A stretch of 54,742 nt of DNA, from positions 1 through 54,742 of the forward strand of contig CAMAPH010000017.1 in assembly GCA_945859975.1 (NCBI GenBank). The letters run 5' to 3'. Below, piece after piece: positions 41,475 to 50,169 of this stretch (its first letter is position 1; every line of letters starts with the position of its first letter). Made by a program: the position numbers and the translations under genes. Under the pieces are notes generated by a model, which saw nothing but the letters and a program-made list of their open reading frames with translations, was not told the DNA's origin and did no database searches. Source of the DNA: Chthonomonas calidirosea. Lineage in GTDB: Bacteria > Armatimonadota > Fimbriimonadia > Fimbriimonadales > Fimbriimonadaceae.

Positions 41475-43331
41475 GTGGCACATTCGCTGGACCCCGAGTA
41501 TTTCAGTTGGGAGAGCGATACATTCAGTATCACCCCAAGCAATTCAACCGATCTCATCACGATTGCTGATGCGATACAGGTAGGCACGGCGGGCAGCTTG
41601 TCGCTCATCACTCCCGACGGAAAAACTCTTACCCTTGCTAGCGTGCCGGTCGGCTTACTGCCCGTCTCGGCGAAGAGAGTTCTATCCACGGGCACCACGG
41701 CCGCTCAATTGGTTGGCGTTGTGAGGCAAGAAGTGATTTCACGCAAATGGTCAAAATTCGATCTAGCGAAATTACAAGATTGGTCCACCTACGGTTACAC
41801 CCTTCCCGACGGCCAATTCGTCGAGAGATCGCTCGACGGCAATTGGAGAACCGGTAAAGACGTAGCGGAACTCTTACCTAGCGATTGGAAAGATGAAGAT
41901 GTTTGGACCGTTGTATACGCAGACCCCATAACTGGTTCGGATAACGCCAACTACGAAAGTGGGTTGAGCTGGACTACCGCCTACCAGAGTCTGAAAGCCG
42001 CCATCGGCAAAAAGTTTCTCCCACCTCCACCTCCAACTGACGAAGATCCAGACCCTGATCCAATTCCCATAACCAAAAAACTGATCATCGTCCCCGATGA
42101 TGCGAAGTTCTGGTTTGCAAATGGCGAAGGCGGCCCTTGGACCAATAGTTCGCCAACAAATCCAGTTTTCAGTACCATCATTGTTCCGTACTCTGTCTAT
42201 CTCAACAATGGCTTCGGCAAGGAAAGCTGGACCTGTTCGCTAGAAGTTAAAACCTCTTGGGCACCAGACCCGAATCACAGCGGGGTGTATATAGGCACAA
42301 CACAAACCGACGACCCGAACGGCAGTTGGCCGCTATTAAATGCAGCCGTGACTCAATCCATCAGATCAGGCGCAGTCTTTGATCAAGGGAACCCGGACAC
42401 CTTTGGTCTGCCCCGTCGCTTCCTGTACCAAGCCAGCGAAGCCTTGGTTCAGGTCACACCTTACACATATGCTTTAAAAGGTACAAATCAGCTGGTCGTT
42501 AATGTTGGTAGCGGTGCAAATCGTGGCATCGAAACGGTTAAGGTCTTCCTTTGTAGCATTACGAACGCCTTAATCAAGCCCTTTACCGGTTCGATTCACA
42601 TTGTTAACTGCAAATTCGAAGGAGGCAAGCCAGGGTTCTCTATAAGTGTTGCTTCTGGCGATTCAGGGCAGTTGGCGGTGAGGCTTTACGGGTGCGAAGT
42701 CCGGATGACTGTAGACGGGTCGCCGGGAATTAACCTTAACGGTACCGTGGCGGAAGCGACAGTGGACATTGGCCTTTATCGCTGCATAAGTGCCGGGAAT
42801 GGTTTTGATGGCGTTTCCTACCTGGGAAATTGCACGTTCGTCGAGTCAGATTGTTGGGCCTTTGGAAATGGGTACTACCAAAATGCCTCTTCCGGAGCAT
42901 ACGGCAAAATTAATGGTTTTACAACTCATAACTATGTAAAGGGCATTCGTACAAACTGTATTGCGTACGGTAACGGAGGTCCGAACTTCGCCGATTCGGG
43001 CAATAAAGGTGCGATTGCTGTGGTAAATCTGGGCTGCTACGCTTTCGATTCGTGGGGTGACAGGATAATCACCCACTACAGTACGGACTTCGCCGTTATT
43101 GCCGACGTACCATTCGGAGGATACGACGGGTCTGCTAGAGTATGGCTGATCGATTGTAAGACCCATTCCCCGGAAGGCAAATCGTCGACCTCAACTTTTG
43201 GAATTAACGTCGAGAAAAGCGCCACTGCTGGAGCGGCAATGGCATATTTCACTGGAGACTGGTTCTCTAGATCAAGGCTTTCAGGCGGTGCCACGATGGC
43301 CAACGTCACCCGCCTGCGCTTCCCAACCTAA
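41475..43331 (+). CDS. Hypothetical protein: N-terminal GTA/phage head-spike-base-like domain plus C-terminal right-handed beta-helix-like domain
   Basis: ITPSNSTDL...ADAIQVGTAGSL.L...DG...TLASVPVGLLPVSAKRVLSTGTTAAQLVG; YADP.TGSD..N..G.SW..AY.SL..A; repeated C.A.GNG..G/N beta-helix turns. Confidence 0.65.
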   Translation: MAHSLDPEYFSWESDTFSITPSNSTDLITIADAIQVGTAGSLSLITPDGKTLTLASVPVGLLPVSAKRVLSTGTTAAQLVGVVRQEVISRKWSKFDLAKLQDWSTYGYTLPDGQFVERSLDGNWRTGKDVAELLPSDWKDEDVWTVVYADPITGSDNANYESGLSWTTAYQSLKAAIGKKFLPPPPPTDEDPDPDPIPITKKLIIVPDDAKFWFANGEGGPWTNSSPTNPVFSTIIVPYSVYLNNGFGKESWTCSLEVKTSWAPDPNHSGVYIGTTQTDDPNGSWPLLNAAVTQSIRSGAVFDQGNPDTFGLPRRFLYQASEALVQVTPYTYALKGTNQLVVNVGSGANRGIETVKVFLCSITNALIKPFTGSIHIVNCKFEGGKPGFSISVASGDSGQLAVRLYGCEVRMTVDGSPGINLNGTVAEATVDIGLYRCISAGNGFDGVSYLGNCTFVESDCWAFGNGYYQNASSGAYGKINGFTTHNYVKGIRTNCIAYGNGGPNFADSGNKGAIAVVNLGCYAFDSWGDRIITHYSTDFAVIADVPFGGYDGSARVWLIDCKTHSPEGKSSTSTFGINVEKSATAGAAMAYFTGDWFSRSRLSGGATMANVTRLRFPT

Positions 43332-43341
43332 GGTTAAACCC

Positions 43342-43929
43342 ATGAAACTACTGTCTGCACTGTTCTCCCTTACCTGCCTCTTCTTTATCGGCTGCGGCGG
43401 AAACGATTCGTCAGCGCCCGATTCAGCAATTCCCATGCAAAACCTCACCCTCAGCAATAACGAGTCTTCAAACGTCCGTCCGTTAAAGGCTAGTCTCGAT
43501 CCACAGGCCAGTGCCCTTCTCGAAACCCTTGATGGCGGAAGGAATGTACTGGCATTCTTTACATTCGATGATAGAAAAGCACTCGATTTGACTGAATTGA
43601 ACTTGGTGGTGCAGAAGGCTCCAATTGTGCAAGGCACTATCGTTAACGTGGAAGACTTTGTGTCTCTCAACAACGATTCCATCAAGTATAAAAACGAAAT
43701 TGCATCGCTTTTACCGGACGGATCATTGGGTTCGTTCACCGGCCGATACTGGTATGCAACCTCGGGACAAATTGCCGTGGAAGAGTTGACTGAAACGTAC
43801 GTGGTTGTACGATTTTCAAACATCCGCTTTGTCTTCGACCCACTGGAAGACACCGAGGGGAGACCAAACGACGCAGAAGGTGAGTTCAGCCTCAACGGTA
43901 CGGTCCGCCTGCCGGTCAACTACAACTAG
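43342..43929 (+). CDS. Hypothetical lipoprotein
   Basis: MKLLSALFSLTCLFFIG-CGG lipobox; ATG 43342 chosen. Confidence 0.75.
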   Translation: MKLLSALFSLTCLFFIGCGGNDSSAPDSAIPMQNLTLSNNESSNVRPLKASLDPQASALLETLDGGRNVLAFFTFDDRKALDLTELNLVVQKAPIVQGTIVNVEDFVSLNNDSIKYKNEIASLLPDGSLGSFTGRYWYATSGQIAVEELTETYVVVRFSNIRFVFDPLEDTEGRPNDAEGEFSLNGTVRLPVNYN

Positions 43930-43968
43930 TCCGACTGGGTCTTGATGTTTTCCGTCGCTCCCCGCGTC

Positions 43969-43995
43969 GTAGCTCACTCGTCCCGAGTGAGCTAC
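43969..43995 (+). repeat. GTAG-family REP-like palindrome, copy 2
   Basis: GTAGCTCACTCG-tcc-CGAGTGAGCTAC perfect 12-bp stem between convergent genes. Confidence 0.65.
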
Positions 43996-44078
43996 TTGTG
44001 CGGATGTCGTCCAACTCCTAACTCTTCCAAACTCCCAAACGAATCAGAATGAACACGAACCGGTTTCCCAGATCAAAC

Positions 44079-44717
44079 TCACCGGCCCAGTTGCTCTAAC
44101 CGACTAACCCAACCATCAAAGTGCGGGCACTTCTCGCGAATCGCGGGTAGACCAATGTGCTCTACGACTTGCGGACCGGCGGTGGACTTTCGATGCTTGT
44201 AGCTAGGAATCTCCCGAATCAACCGCTTGCTGGGCGCCGTTTCCTCGCCCTCATTTATATCTTCCGGGGCCAAGTGTTTGACCTCACGCTTCAACGAGCT
44301 GATGCCGATTTCGGCATCTCCATCTGGAAACGCCACGCTCAACTTGTCGAGATCGACGTACAGAAGTGCTTCAAACTCATACGACTGTACGTAAGGCAGA
44401 AAATTTGGGTTCGGCAACCCTTCGAGCATCGCTTCCTCCATCTGCATCGCTTTCGAAACGCCGGACAATGAAACAATTTTTGGCGAATCCGGGACGGTCA
44501 TGATCTTGTAAAGGTCGAAAATCGTCGTAAGCCACTCATGGCTTTTACGGCTTTGCAGAGTCAGATTAAGCTCCCGCTTCAGCTTCTTCCATGACAGCCC
44601 ACCACCAAGATTCGTCGCTTTTGCGAACACGTTCCGCTGAGTCAAGTGCGGCCTAAGGACTTGGTTCACAAAGTTCACCTCGGTTTGTCCCTCACAAAGC
44701 ACCGTTAGTGAGATCAC
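44079..44717 (-). CDS. DUF4276 family protein (TOPRIM-like)
   Basis: VLCEGQTE..FV..VL.P, TT.FDLY, F.PYVQ.YEFEALL, PEDIN....TAPSKR, Y.K...G...IGL..IR..CPHF..W. Confidence 0.88.
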   Translation of the reverse strand: MISLTVLCEGQTEVNFVNQVLRPHLTQRNVFAKATNLGGGLSWKKLKRELNLTLQSRKSHEWLTTIFDLYKIMTVPDSPKIVSLSGVSKAMQMEEAMLEGLPNPNFLPYVQSYEFEALLYVDLDKLSVAFPDGDAEIGISSLKREVKHLAPEDINEGEETAPSKRLIREIPSYKHRKSTAGPQVVEHIGLPAIREKCPHFDGWVSRLEQLGR

Positions 44718-45851
44718 TTATTGCGGTCCTCCACCTGTCACGTTCTTCTCGTAAAGTTGACCGAGGTCGTACTCTTCTAGCCAGCCTTCCAATGCCACCG
44801 GGTCGAGCCGCTTAATCACCGTGCTACCGCGTCCTTCAGCATCCTCGTCCCGCTCGACTACGGCAATATCCGCTGGATCATAATCCCGAATGAGGAGCGG
44901 CGACTGAGTAGCAACGATCACCTGACGCTTCTCCGATACCGCTTTCAGCAACTCCGCGACAATCCGAATTCCCTGCGGATGCAGACCAAGCTCTGGCTCG
45001 TCGTAAAGCATAATGCTCGGCATCGTTTCATCGGGCTGTAACAACGTGGTGATCAACGCGATTGTCCGCAGAGTTCCATCTGATAGCTGATGCGGCCCGA
45101 ACAAAGTCCCCGAACGGTCCCGCCATCGGAGCATAACGAAGCGGTCATTCAACGCATCTGGCTCGACGACGAGGTCCTCGATAAATGGCGCGATGTATTG
45201 GACCGTGTCGAGAATCCGCCGATAATGTGCCGGGCGTTTCTCCTTTAAGCGATACAGGAAAGCCGCCAAGTTTCCGCCGTTGGAAAGCAGGCCATGCTCG
45301 CCGTTTAGTTCCTGGCTGACCCGCATGTTCGCATCTTCGCTGGTGTCGTGAAAGTGATAAACGCGAATTTGTTCTGCCAGATGTCGAAAAAGTCGCGCGG
45401 AACTTAACTCGCTGAACATTCCGGGCGACACAACCCACGATTCCGAATGTCCACTTCCAGAAAAGTATCTTTCGCTTTGACCTTTGCCCGAGAGACCCTC
45501 TGCGACGCTTTCGTTCCCAAAATAGAGATCGTTAGACTCGCTCCACTTGAGCCTACATTCGTACTCGTTCCAGACTTGTTCATCGTCGATTCGAAAAGTG
45601 GCATCGATCGTTTTTGTAACTTGCGGACCGTAATGCAAAAGTGAGGAGGCACGACCTTTCCGGGCCACGTAGAGTTGGAGATTTCCGGACGTTCCGCTAA
45701 ACATCGCGGACGTCATCTGGAAGAACTCAATCAGGTTCGACTTACCCGCTCCGTTCGCGCCGATCAGGACGTTGAAAGCACCAAGCTCAATCTCAACATC
45801 TTTCAGAGATCGAAAGCCCTTGATCTTGAGGTGGGAGATTGTTGTCGGCAT
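44718..45851 (-). CDS. AAA family ATPase (AAA_21/AAA_15 ABC-type)
   Basis: IKGFRS, IGANGAGKSN, YHFHDTS, LSDGTLR, DEPELGLHP, VIVATQSP; ATG 45851 chosen. Confidence 0.9.
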   Translation of the reverse strand: MPTTISHLKIKGFRSLKDVEIELGAFNVLIGANGAGKSNLIEFFQMTSAMFSGTSGNLQLYVARKGRASSLLHYGPQVTKTIDATFRIDDEQVWNEYECRLKWSESNDLYFGNESVAEGLSGKGQSERYFSGSGHSESWVVSPGMFSELSSARLFRHLAEQIRVYHFHDTSEDANMRVSQELNGEHGLLSNGGNLAAFLYRLKEKRPAHYRRILDTVQYIAPFIEDLVVEPDALNDRFVMLRWRDRSGTLFGPHQLSDGTLRTIALITTLLQPDETMPSIMLYDEPELGLHPQGIRIVAELLKAVSEKRQVIVATQSPLLIRDYDPADIAVVERDEDAEGRGSTVIKRLDPVALEGWLEEYDLGQLYEKNVTGGGPQ

Positions 45852-45949
45852 AAGATCAAGGCTCCAAGACGGATTCAAGCTCGCAACCTCACCAATTCGT
45901 GCATTGCGTTCCGCTACAATCTCATTTTACGCGCGAATCCAATCGCCGC

Positions 45950-46318
45950 CTAGAACCGCAGAAAATCCTCGTAGTGCCGAAGCCCGTCACCGTCGAGCGC
46001 AATCAAATCAAACCGCTGCGGCGTCTCCTCCAGCCCGTGCTCCGAAACGAACCGCGACGCGACCGTCTCCAAGTGCCGGAACTTCGAATCCGAGACCGCA
46101 TCCTCCGGCGAGAATCCCGGCGCGGACGTCGCTTTCACCTCGACGAAAACCAGCGTGCCCCCGTCCATCGCCACCAAGTCCAACTCGCCGCCGGGGCGTT
46201 TCCAGCGGCGGGTGACCAGCGTATAGCCGAGCGAGAGCAGGTAGTTCGCGGCCGCGTCCTCCGCCGCCCGGCCAAGTTCCATCCGCGAACTTATTTCTGC
46301 ACCTCGACGTGGGTGCAC
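45950..46318 (-). CDS. yraN: YraN family (UPF0102) protein
   Basis: G..AE..A..YL...GY..V.R.W....GELDLVA.DG.TLVFVEVK, RFDLI. Confidence 0.9.
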   Translation of the reverse strand: MHPRRGAEISSRMELGRAAEDAAANYLLSLGYTLVTRRWKRPGGELDLVAMDGGTLVFVEVKATSAPGFSPEDAVSDSKFRHLETVASRFVSEHGLEETPQRFDLIALDGDGLRHYEDFLRF

Positions 46319-46710
46319 CGCTGCCCGCGGAAGTACAACCGCATCCCGTGCTTACCTCGCGGACGCGTAACCTGAAGGTCAAAAACACACACCGTGCTCG
46401 CCGAGTGGCAGTTTGACAACTTCGAAGTCACCGCATCGATCGGGCCCAGAATCGTCTCCAACCGACCCAGGTCGTACGCTCCCCGGGGCGAAATCAGGTT
46501 CTGCTCGACCGCCGCGGCGTACTGTTCGGCTTCTAACAACGGCCGCAGCCGCTCCATCCCCGCCCGGGACTTCCGCTCATTTTCCCGCGACAGCCACGCG
46601 ACGCTCGCCGCGCCGAGCCCAAACAGAACCACCCCCGCGATCAGCAGATGCACCAGCATGTCTCGATTGATCGCCTTCAGGTCCCCAACTGGCCGCTCGG
46701 TGCTGATCAT
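46291..46710 (-). CDS. Hypothetical membrane protein
   Basis: Single TM; fills the gap between rnhB and yraN on the same strand. Confidence 0.55.
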   Translation of the reverse strand: MISTERPVGDLKAINRDMLVHLLIAGVVLFGLGAASVAWLSRENERKSRAGMERLRPLLEAEQYAAAVEQNLISPRGAYDLGRLETILGPIDAVTSKLSNCHSASTVCVFDLQVTRPRGKHGMRLYFRGQRCTHVEVQK

Positions 46711-46719
46711 GGCTTGCTC

Positions 46720-47292
46720 CTAAAACAGCGCCGGCTGCGGCTCCGTGCCCAGCGCGCGCTGCACCGGGGCAAAGCTGCGCCGGTGAATCTCGCACGCCCC
46801 GAGGCGCGCCAAAGCTTCCAAATGATCGGGCGTCGGGTACCCAAAGTTCCGCGCGAAGCCGTACCCCGGATAGACCGCATCAAAATCCGTCATCAACCGG
46901 TCCCGCGTGACCTTCGCCAAGATGCTCGCCGCCGCAATCGCGGCATACTTTCCGTCCCCTTTCACCACCGTTTCCGACTCACAGCCAAGGTCACGCGGAG
47001 TCTGGTTTCCGTCAATCAAAACCTTTGTCACTCCCAGCCGCCGAATCGCCCGCGCCATCGCGGCCAAGCTGGCATGCAAGATATTCAGCCGGTCGATCTC
47101 CTCAATCTCGGCAAGCTCAATCTCGAACCGCGCCCCGGCAATGATCCGCTCAAACGCCCGCTCTCGCGCAGCTAAGTCAAGCTGTTTACTATCCCGAATC
47201 CCGGTCAAGTCAAAACCTTCGGGCAGCAACACCGCCGCCGCCACAACCGGCCCAGCCAGCGGCCCACGGCCCGCTTCATCTGCCCCCGCCAC
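46720..47292 (-). CDS. rnhB: Ribonuclease HII
   Basis: DEAGRGPLAGPVVAAAV, DSKQL, EID.LNIL.A, DGN, KGD, AASILAKV.RD, GY.T..H, HRRSF; may start at CTG 47310. Confidence 0.96.
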   Translation of the reverse strand: MAGADEAGRGPLAGPVVAAAVLLPEGFDLTGIRDSKQLDLAARERAFERIIAGARFEIELAEIEEIDRLNILHASLAAMARAIRRLGVTKVLIDGNQTPRDLGCESETVVKGDGKYAAIAAASILAKVTRDRLMTDFDAVYPGYGFARNFGYPTPDHLEALARLGACEIHRRSFAPVQRALGTEPQPALF

Positions 47293-47306
47293 CCCCGGCG
47301 TCGCGA

Positions 47307-47942
47307 TCAGGAGCGCGATACAAGCCCCCTTATCGCCTCGGTAAGAATCGGCTTCACCTCATCCACCGGCACCCGCTGCCCAACTTCCGCCGTGAGCGAC
47401 GTCACCCCATAATCCGCAATCCCGCAAGGCGTAATCCAGAGAAACGGCGAAAGGTCCGCGTCGCAGTTAAGCGCCAAGCCGTGCATCGAAACCCACCGCT
47501 TGACCTTAATCCCCATCGCGCAGATCTTCCGATCCTCGACCCAAACCCCGGTGTTCGGCGGAAACCTTCGCGCCCCGACGCCAAGCTCAAACACCGTCGA
47601 TATCACCGCTTCTTCCAGCAAGCGCAACCAAGCGTGAAGGTCCCGCCCGATGAAATCCAGCGGAAAAATGGGATAGGCGACCAACTGCCCCGGCCCGTGG
47701 TAAGTCACATCTCCCCCTCGGTCCGACTTAAAAACTTGAATCCCCCGCTTCTCGTACTCCTCAACCGGGTGGTGCAAATTCTCGGCATGAAAATTCGCCC
47801 CGAGCGTTAGCACCGGCGGGTGTTCTAGCAGCAGCAAAGTCGGCTCGGTTTCGCCCGACAAAACCTCAGAATGGAGCTGTTCTTGAATCGAAAGGGCTTG
47901 ATCGTAGGGCACGGTGCCGAGGTCTTGAACCTGAAAGGTCAC
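47307..47942 (-). CDS. lipB: Lipoyl(octanoyl) transferase
   Basis: LEHPPV.TLG, DRGGDVTYHGPGQLVAYP, KICA.G, HGLALN, I.PCG. Confidence 0.96.
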   Translation of the reverse strand: MTFQVQDLGTVPYDQALSIQEQLHSEVLSGETEPTLLLLEHPPVLTLGANFHAENLHHPVEEYEKRGIQVFKSDRGGDVTYHGPGQLVAYPIFPLDFIGRDLHAWLRLLEEAVISTVFELGVGARRFPPNTGVWVEDRKICAMGIKVKRWVSMHGLALNCDADLSPFLWITPCGIADYGVTSLTAEVGQRVPVDEVKPILTEAIRGLVSRS

Positions 47943-49717
47943 TCTTCCTCCGTCGGGGAGAGCGCAAGATACACCCGCTGACCGTCCACCTCTCGGGCCA
48001 AGGGAAGGAACTCGTATTGCGGCAGACCCAACGTCACCGGCTCGCTCACCGCGATGCCGCCAACCGTCGCCACCGACTCAATGTGCGCCGCAATGTCGAT
48101 GACTTCGGTGAACTGAACGTCATCCACCGCGCCCGCCACCTGTCCCACGTGCAGGCCGATTCGCAATCGAAACGGCATCTGAAGCCGGTTCACGTTGGCA
48201 TTGAACCGGGCGACGTCGGTCTGAATTCGACGCGCCGCCAAAAACGCCTTATCGCAACTCGGGAACGCCACAACCGCTCCATCGCCCGCTGTCGAGTGAA
48301 CCTTCCCTTCAAACTGAGCGCAAACCTTACCGAGCCAATCCTGATACTCGCGGAAGCTGTATTCAACGATCAGGGGGTCCGCGTTCGCCTTCATCTGGCT
48401 GCTTTTCGCCGCGTCGACCACCAAGATGCAGGTGCTGTTAGTTCGGTCAGCAAGTCGCCATTGAATCCGCAGCATCTCGGCCAAAAGGGTCGCACCGTCA
48501 TTGTTATCCAGCGACTCTTCTCGGGCCGCCTTCCGCTGAAGCTCCGCTCCCAGCGCGGCAAATCCCGATACAAGACCGCCAACAAGGAGCTGGATAAGCG
48601 TCGCTGAAATCTGTGAAAAGCTAAACGGATTATCGACGGCCTGTCGGATCGGTAAAAAGCCCATCGCAAACGAACCTGCGCACATTGCCGCGCTCACCAA
48701 GAGCGCGTGCCCAATGCTTCGGGAAAAGATTCCGGCGCCGACGTGGAGCACGCCTCGAAGACAGAGCAGAACAAAGCCCACAACCATCCCGATGAGGGCT
48801 GGTACCGAAGTCCGCGCCTCTTGCGCATCTGTGATCGGAAGAGATCGCATGATCAAGGCGCCGGTAAGCGACAACAAGACCGTACCGATCACGCTGAACG
48901 CCATGGGCGACTTACGGAAAAACTTCGCCGTCGGAGATTGTTCTAGCCAGTTGCCCACCTGCTTCTGAGTGCTGCCCCTACTCAGTCGCTCCTGGAGTTC
49001 GAAGTATCGCTCCAAAAGCTCTTGGCGGCTCATGCTCGCCTCGCGACGTTCTTGCTTCCGGGCATGCGCCCAGCCGCCAAGCACGGAGGCAATCACACCG
49101 GCGCACAAGTAACCCAACGTTACGAACAAGATTCCCATCGAGCTCAACGCGGCATACAGCGCTCGCTCGCCCAAGCTCTTGATCCCCTGGGACAGCATGA
49201 TGGACGCAGCAACCCCCAGCGACCCCATCGCCCACACCACAACGGCGCCTTGCAAGGCCGCCTTCGCCGTCCGAAGGTGGAAGTAGCAAGCGAGGTGGGC
49301 GAGCACTAGGAATAAAAATTGGAATAGGATGGCCAGCGCATCGGCCGGAACATATTGCGCAATCTTTGCCGAGTCTGGAATCAGACTATCCGTTCCGATG
49401 ACTCCGAGCACGCAAAGAATGTTCGTGATCGCGACAAACAGGATCGGTTTTGAAAAGGCCCGCAAGATGAGGCGCCCGACCCAGTCGAAGCCATGCCGGG
49501 CAAAGTCGAACGAAACCTTCTTGCGGAGAATGGGATCAACTGCCGCCGAATTGACGGACGCGTTCTCCACGACACTCTCCACGAACCCTGCCGACAGGCC
49601 GAACCGGACGGCCAACTCATCCGCCGGACGACGCGCCTCGCCCGGATTTGTTCGGAGGTGATCGAGCAGGGCCGTCGCGCCCTTAAGTTGGCTTTCTCGT
49701 GGTGTTTCTACGGCCAA
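47939..49717 (-). CDS. Multi-TM membrane protein with C-terminal class III adenylate/guanylate cyclase domain
   Basis: About 8 TM; ILVVDAAKSS, AGDGAVVAF, FRLRIGLHVG, VIDIAAHIES...GGIAVSE. Confidence 0.85.
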   Translation of the reverse strand: MAVETPRESQLKGATALLDHLRTNPGEARRPADELAVRFGLSAGFVESVVENASVNSAAVDPILRKKVSFDFARHGFDWVGRLILRAFSKPILFVAITNILCVLGVIGTDSLIPDSAKIAQYVPADALAILFQFLFLVLAHLACYFHLRTAKAALQGAVVVWAMGSLGVAASIMLSQGIKSLGERALYAALSSMGILFVTLGYLCAGVIASVLGGWAHARKQERREASMSRQELLERYFELQERLSRGSTQKQVGNWLEQSPTAKFFRKSPMAFSVIGTVLLSLTGALIMRSLPITDAQEARTSVPALIGMVVGFVLLCLRGVLHVGAGIFSRSIGHALLVSAAMCAGSFAMGFLPIRQAVDNPFSFSQISATLIQLLVGGLVSGFAALGAELQRKAAREESLDNNDGATLLAEMLRIQWRLADRTNSTCILVVDAAKSSQMKANADPLIVEYSFREYQDWLGKVCAQFEGKVHSTAGDGAVVAFPSCDKAFLAARRIQTDVARFNANVNRLQMPFRLRIGLHVGQVAGAVDDVQFTEVIDIAAHIESVATVGGIAVSEPVTLGLPQYEFLPLAREVDGQRVYLALSPTEEE

Positions 49718-49786
49718 TGGTCATCTCCTCCCAGCTTCGATGATACGTTAACTCATCTCAGATTCGTTACGTTGCGTCACACTAAT

Positions 49787-50127
49787 AGTCCGAGTTGGTC
49801 GGGTAGCGGCCCCATCTTCATGATTGGGGAGGAAAGTCCGGACTTCACAGGGCAAGGTGCCCGGCGAGAGCTTGCTCATGCCGGGGCGGGGTGACCCGAC
49901 GGAAAGTGCAACAGAAACATACCGCCCACCCCGATTTATCGGGAGGTAAGGTTGAAATGGTGAGGTAAGAGCTCACCGGCGTTGGAGGTAACTCCGCGGC
50001 CGTGCAAACCCCATCTGAAGCAAGACCAAATAGGGAGGAGATGACGCGGCCCGCCGATCCTCCGGGTTGGTCGCGTAGATAAATCGCTGCACAAACACAG
50101 AATCCGGCTTATAGACCGACTCGGATT
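49787..50127 (+). ncRNA. rnpB: Ribonuclease P RNA (bacterial type A)
   Basis: P1 GTCCGAGTTGGTC/GACCGACTCGGAT; GAGGAAAGTCCGG; AGTGCAACAGAAA; AAACCCC..GAAGCAAG; ACAGAATCCGGCTTA. Confidence 0.97.
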
Positions 50128-50169
50128 TTCCAGCCGTTTACACGTCCCAAATAAGACAAAATAGACGCG

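Noticed and set aside
44008..44045. CCAACTCC/TAACTC-like short repeats as a CRISPR or tandem repeat
   Set aside because: Short, irregular low-complexity tract without repeat-spacer periodicity
41475..45851. Prophage or integrative element
   Set aside because: No integrase, terminase, capsid genes or att-like direct repeats seen; only isolated accessory genes
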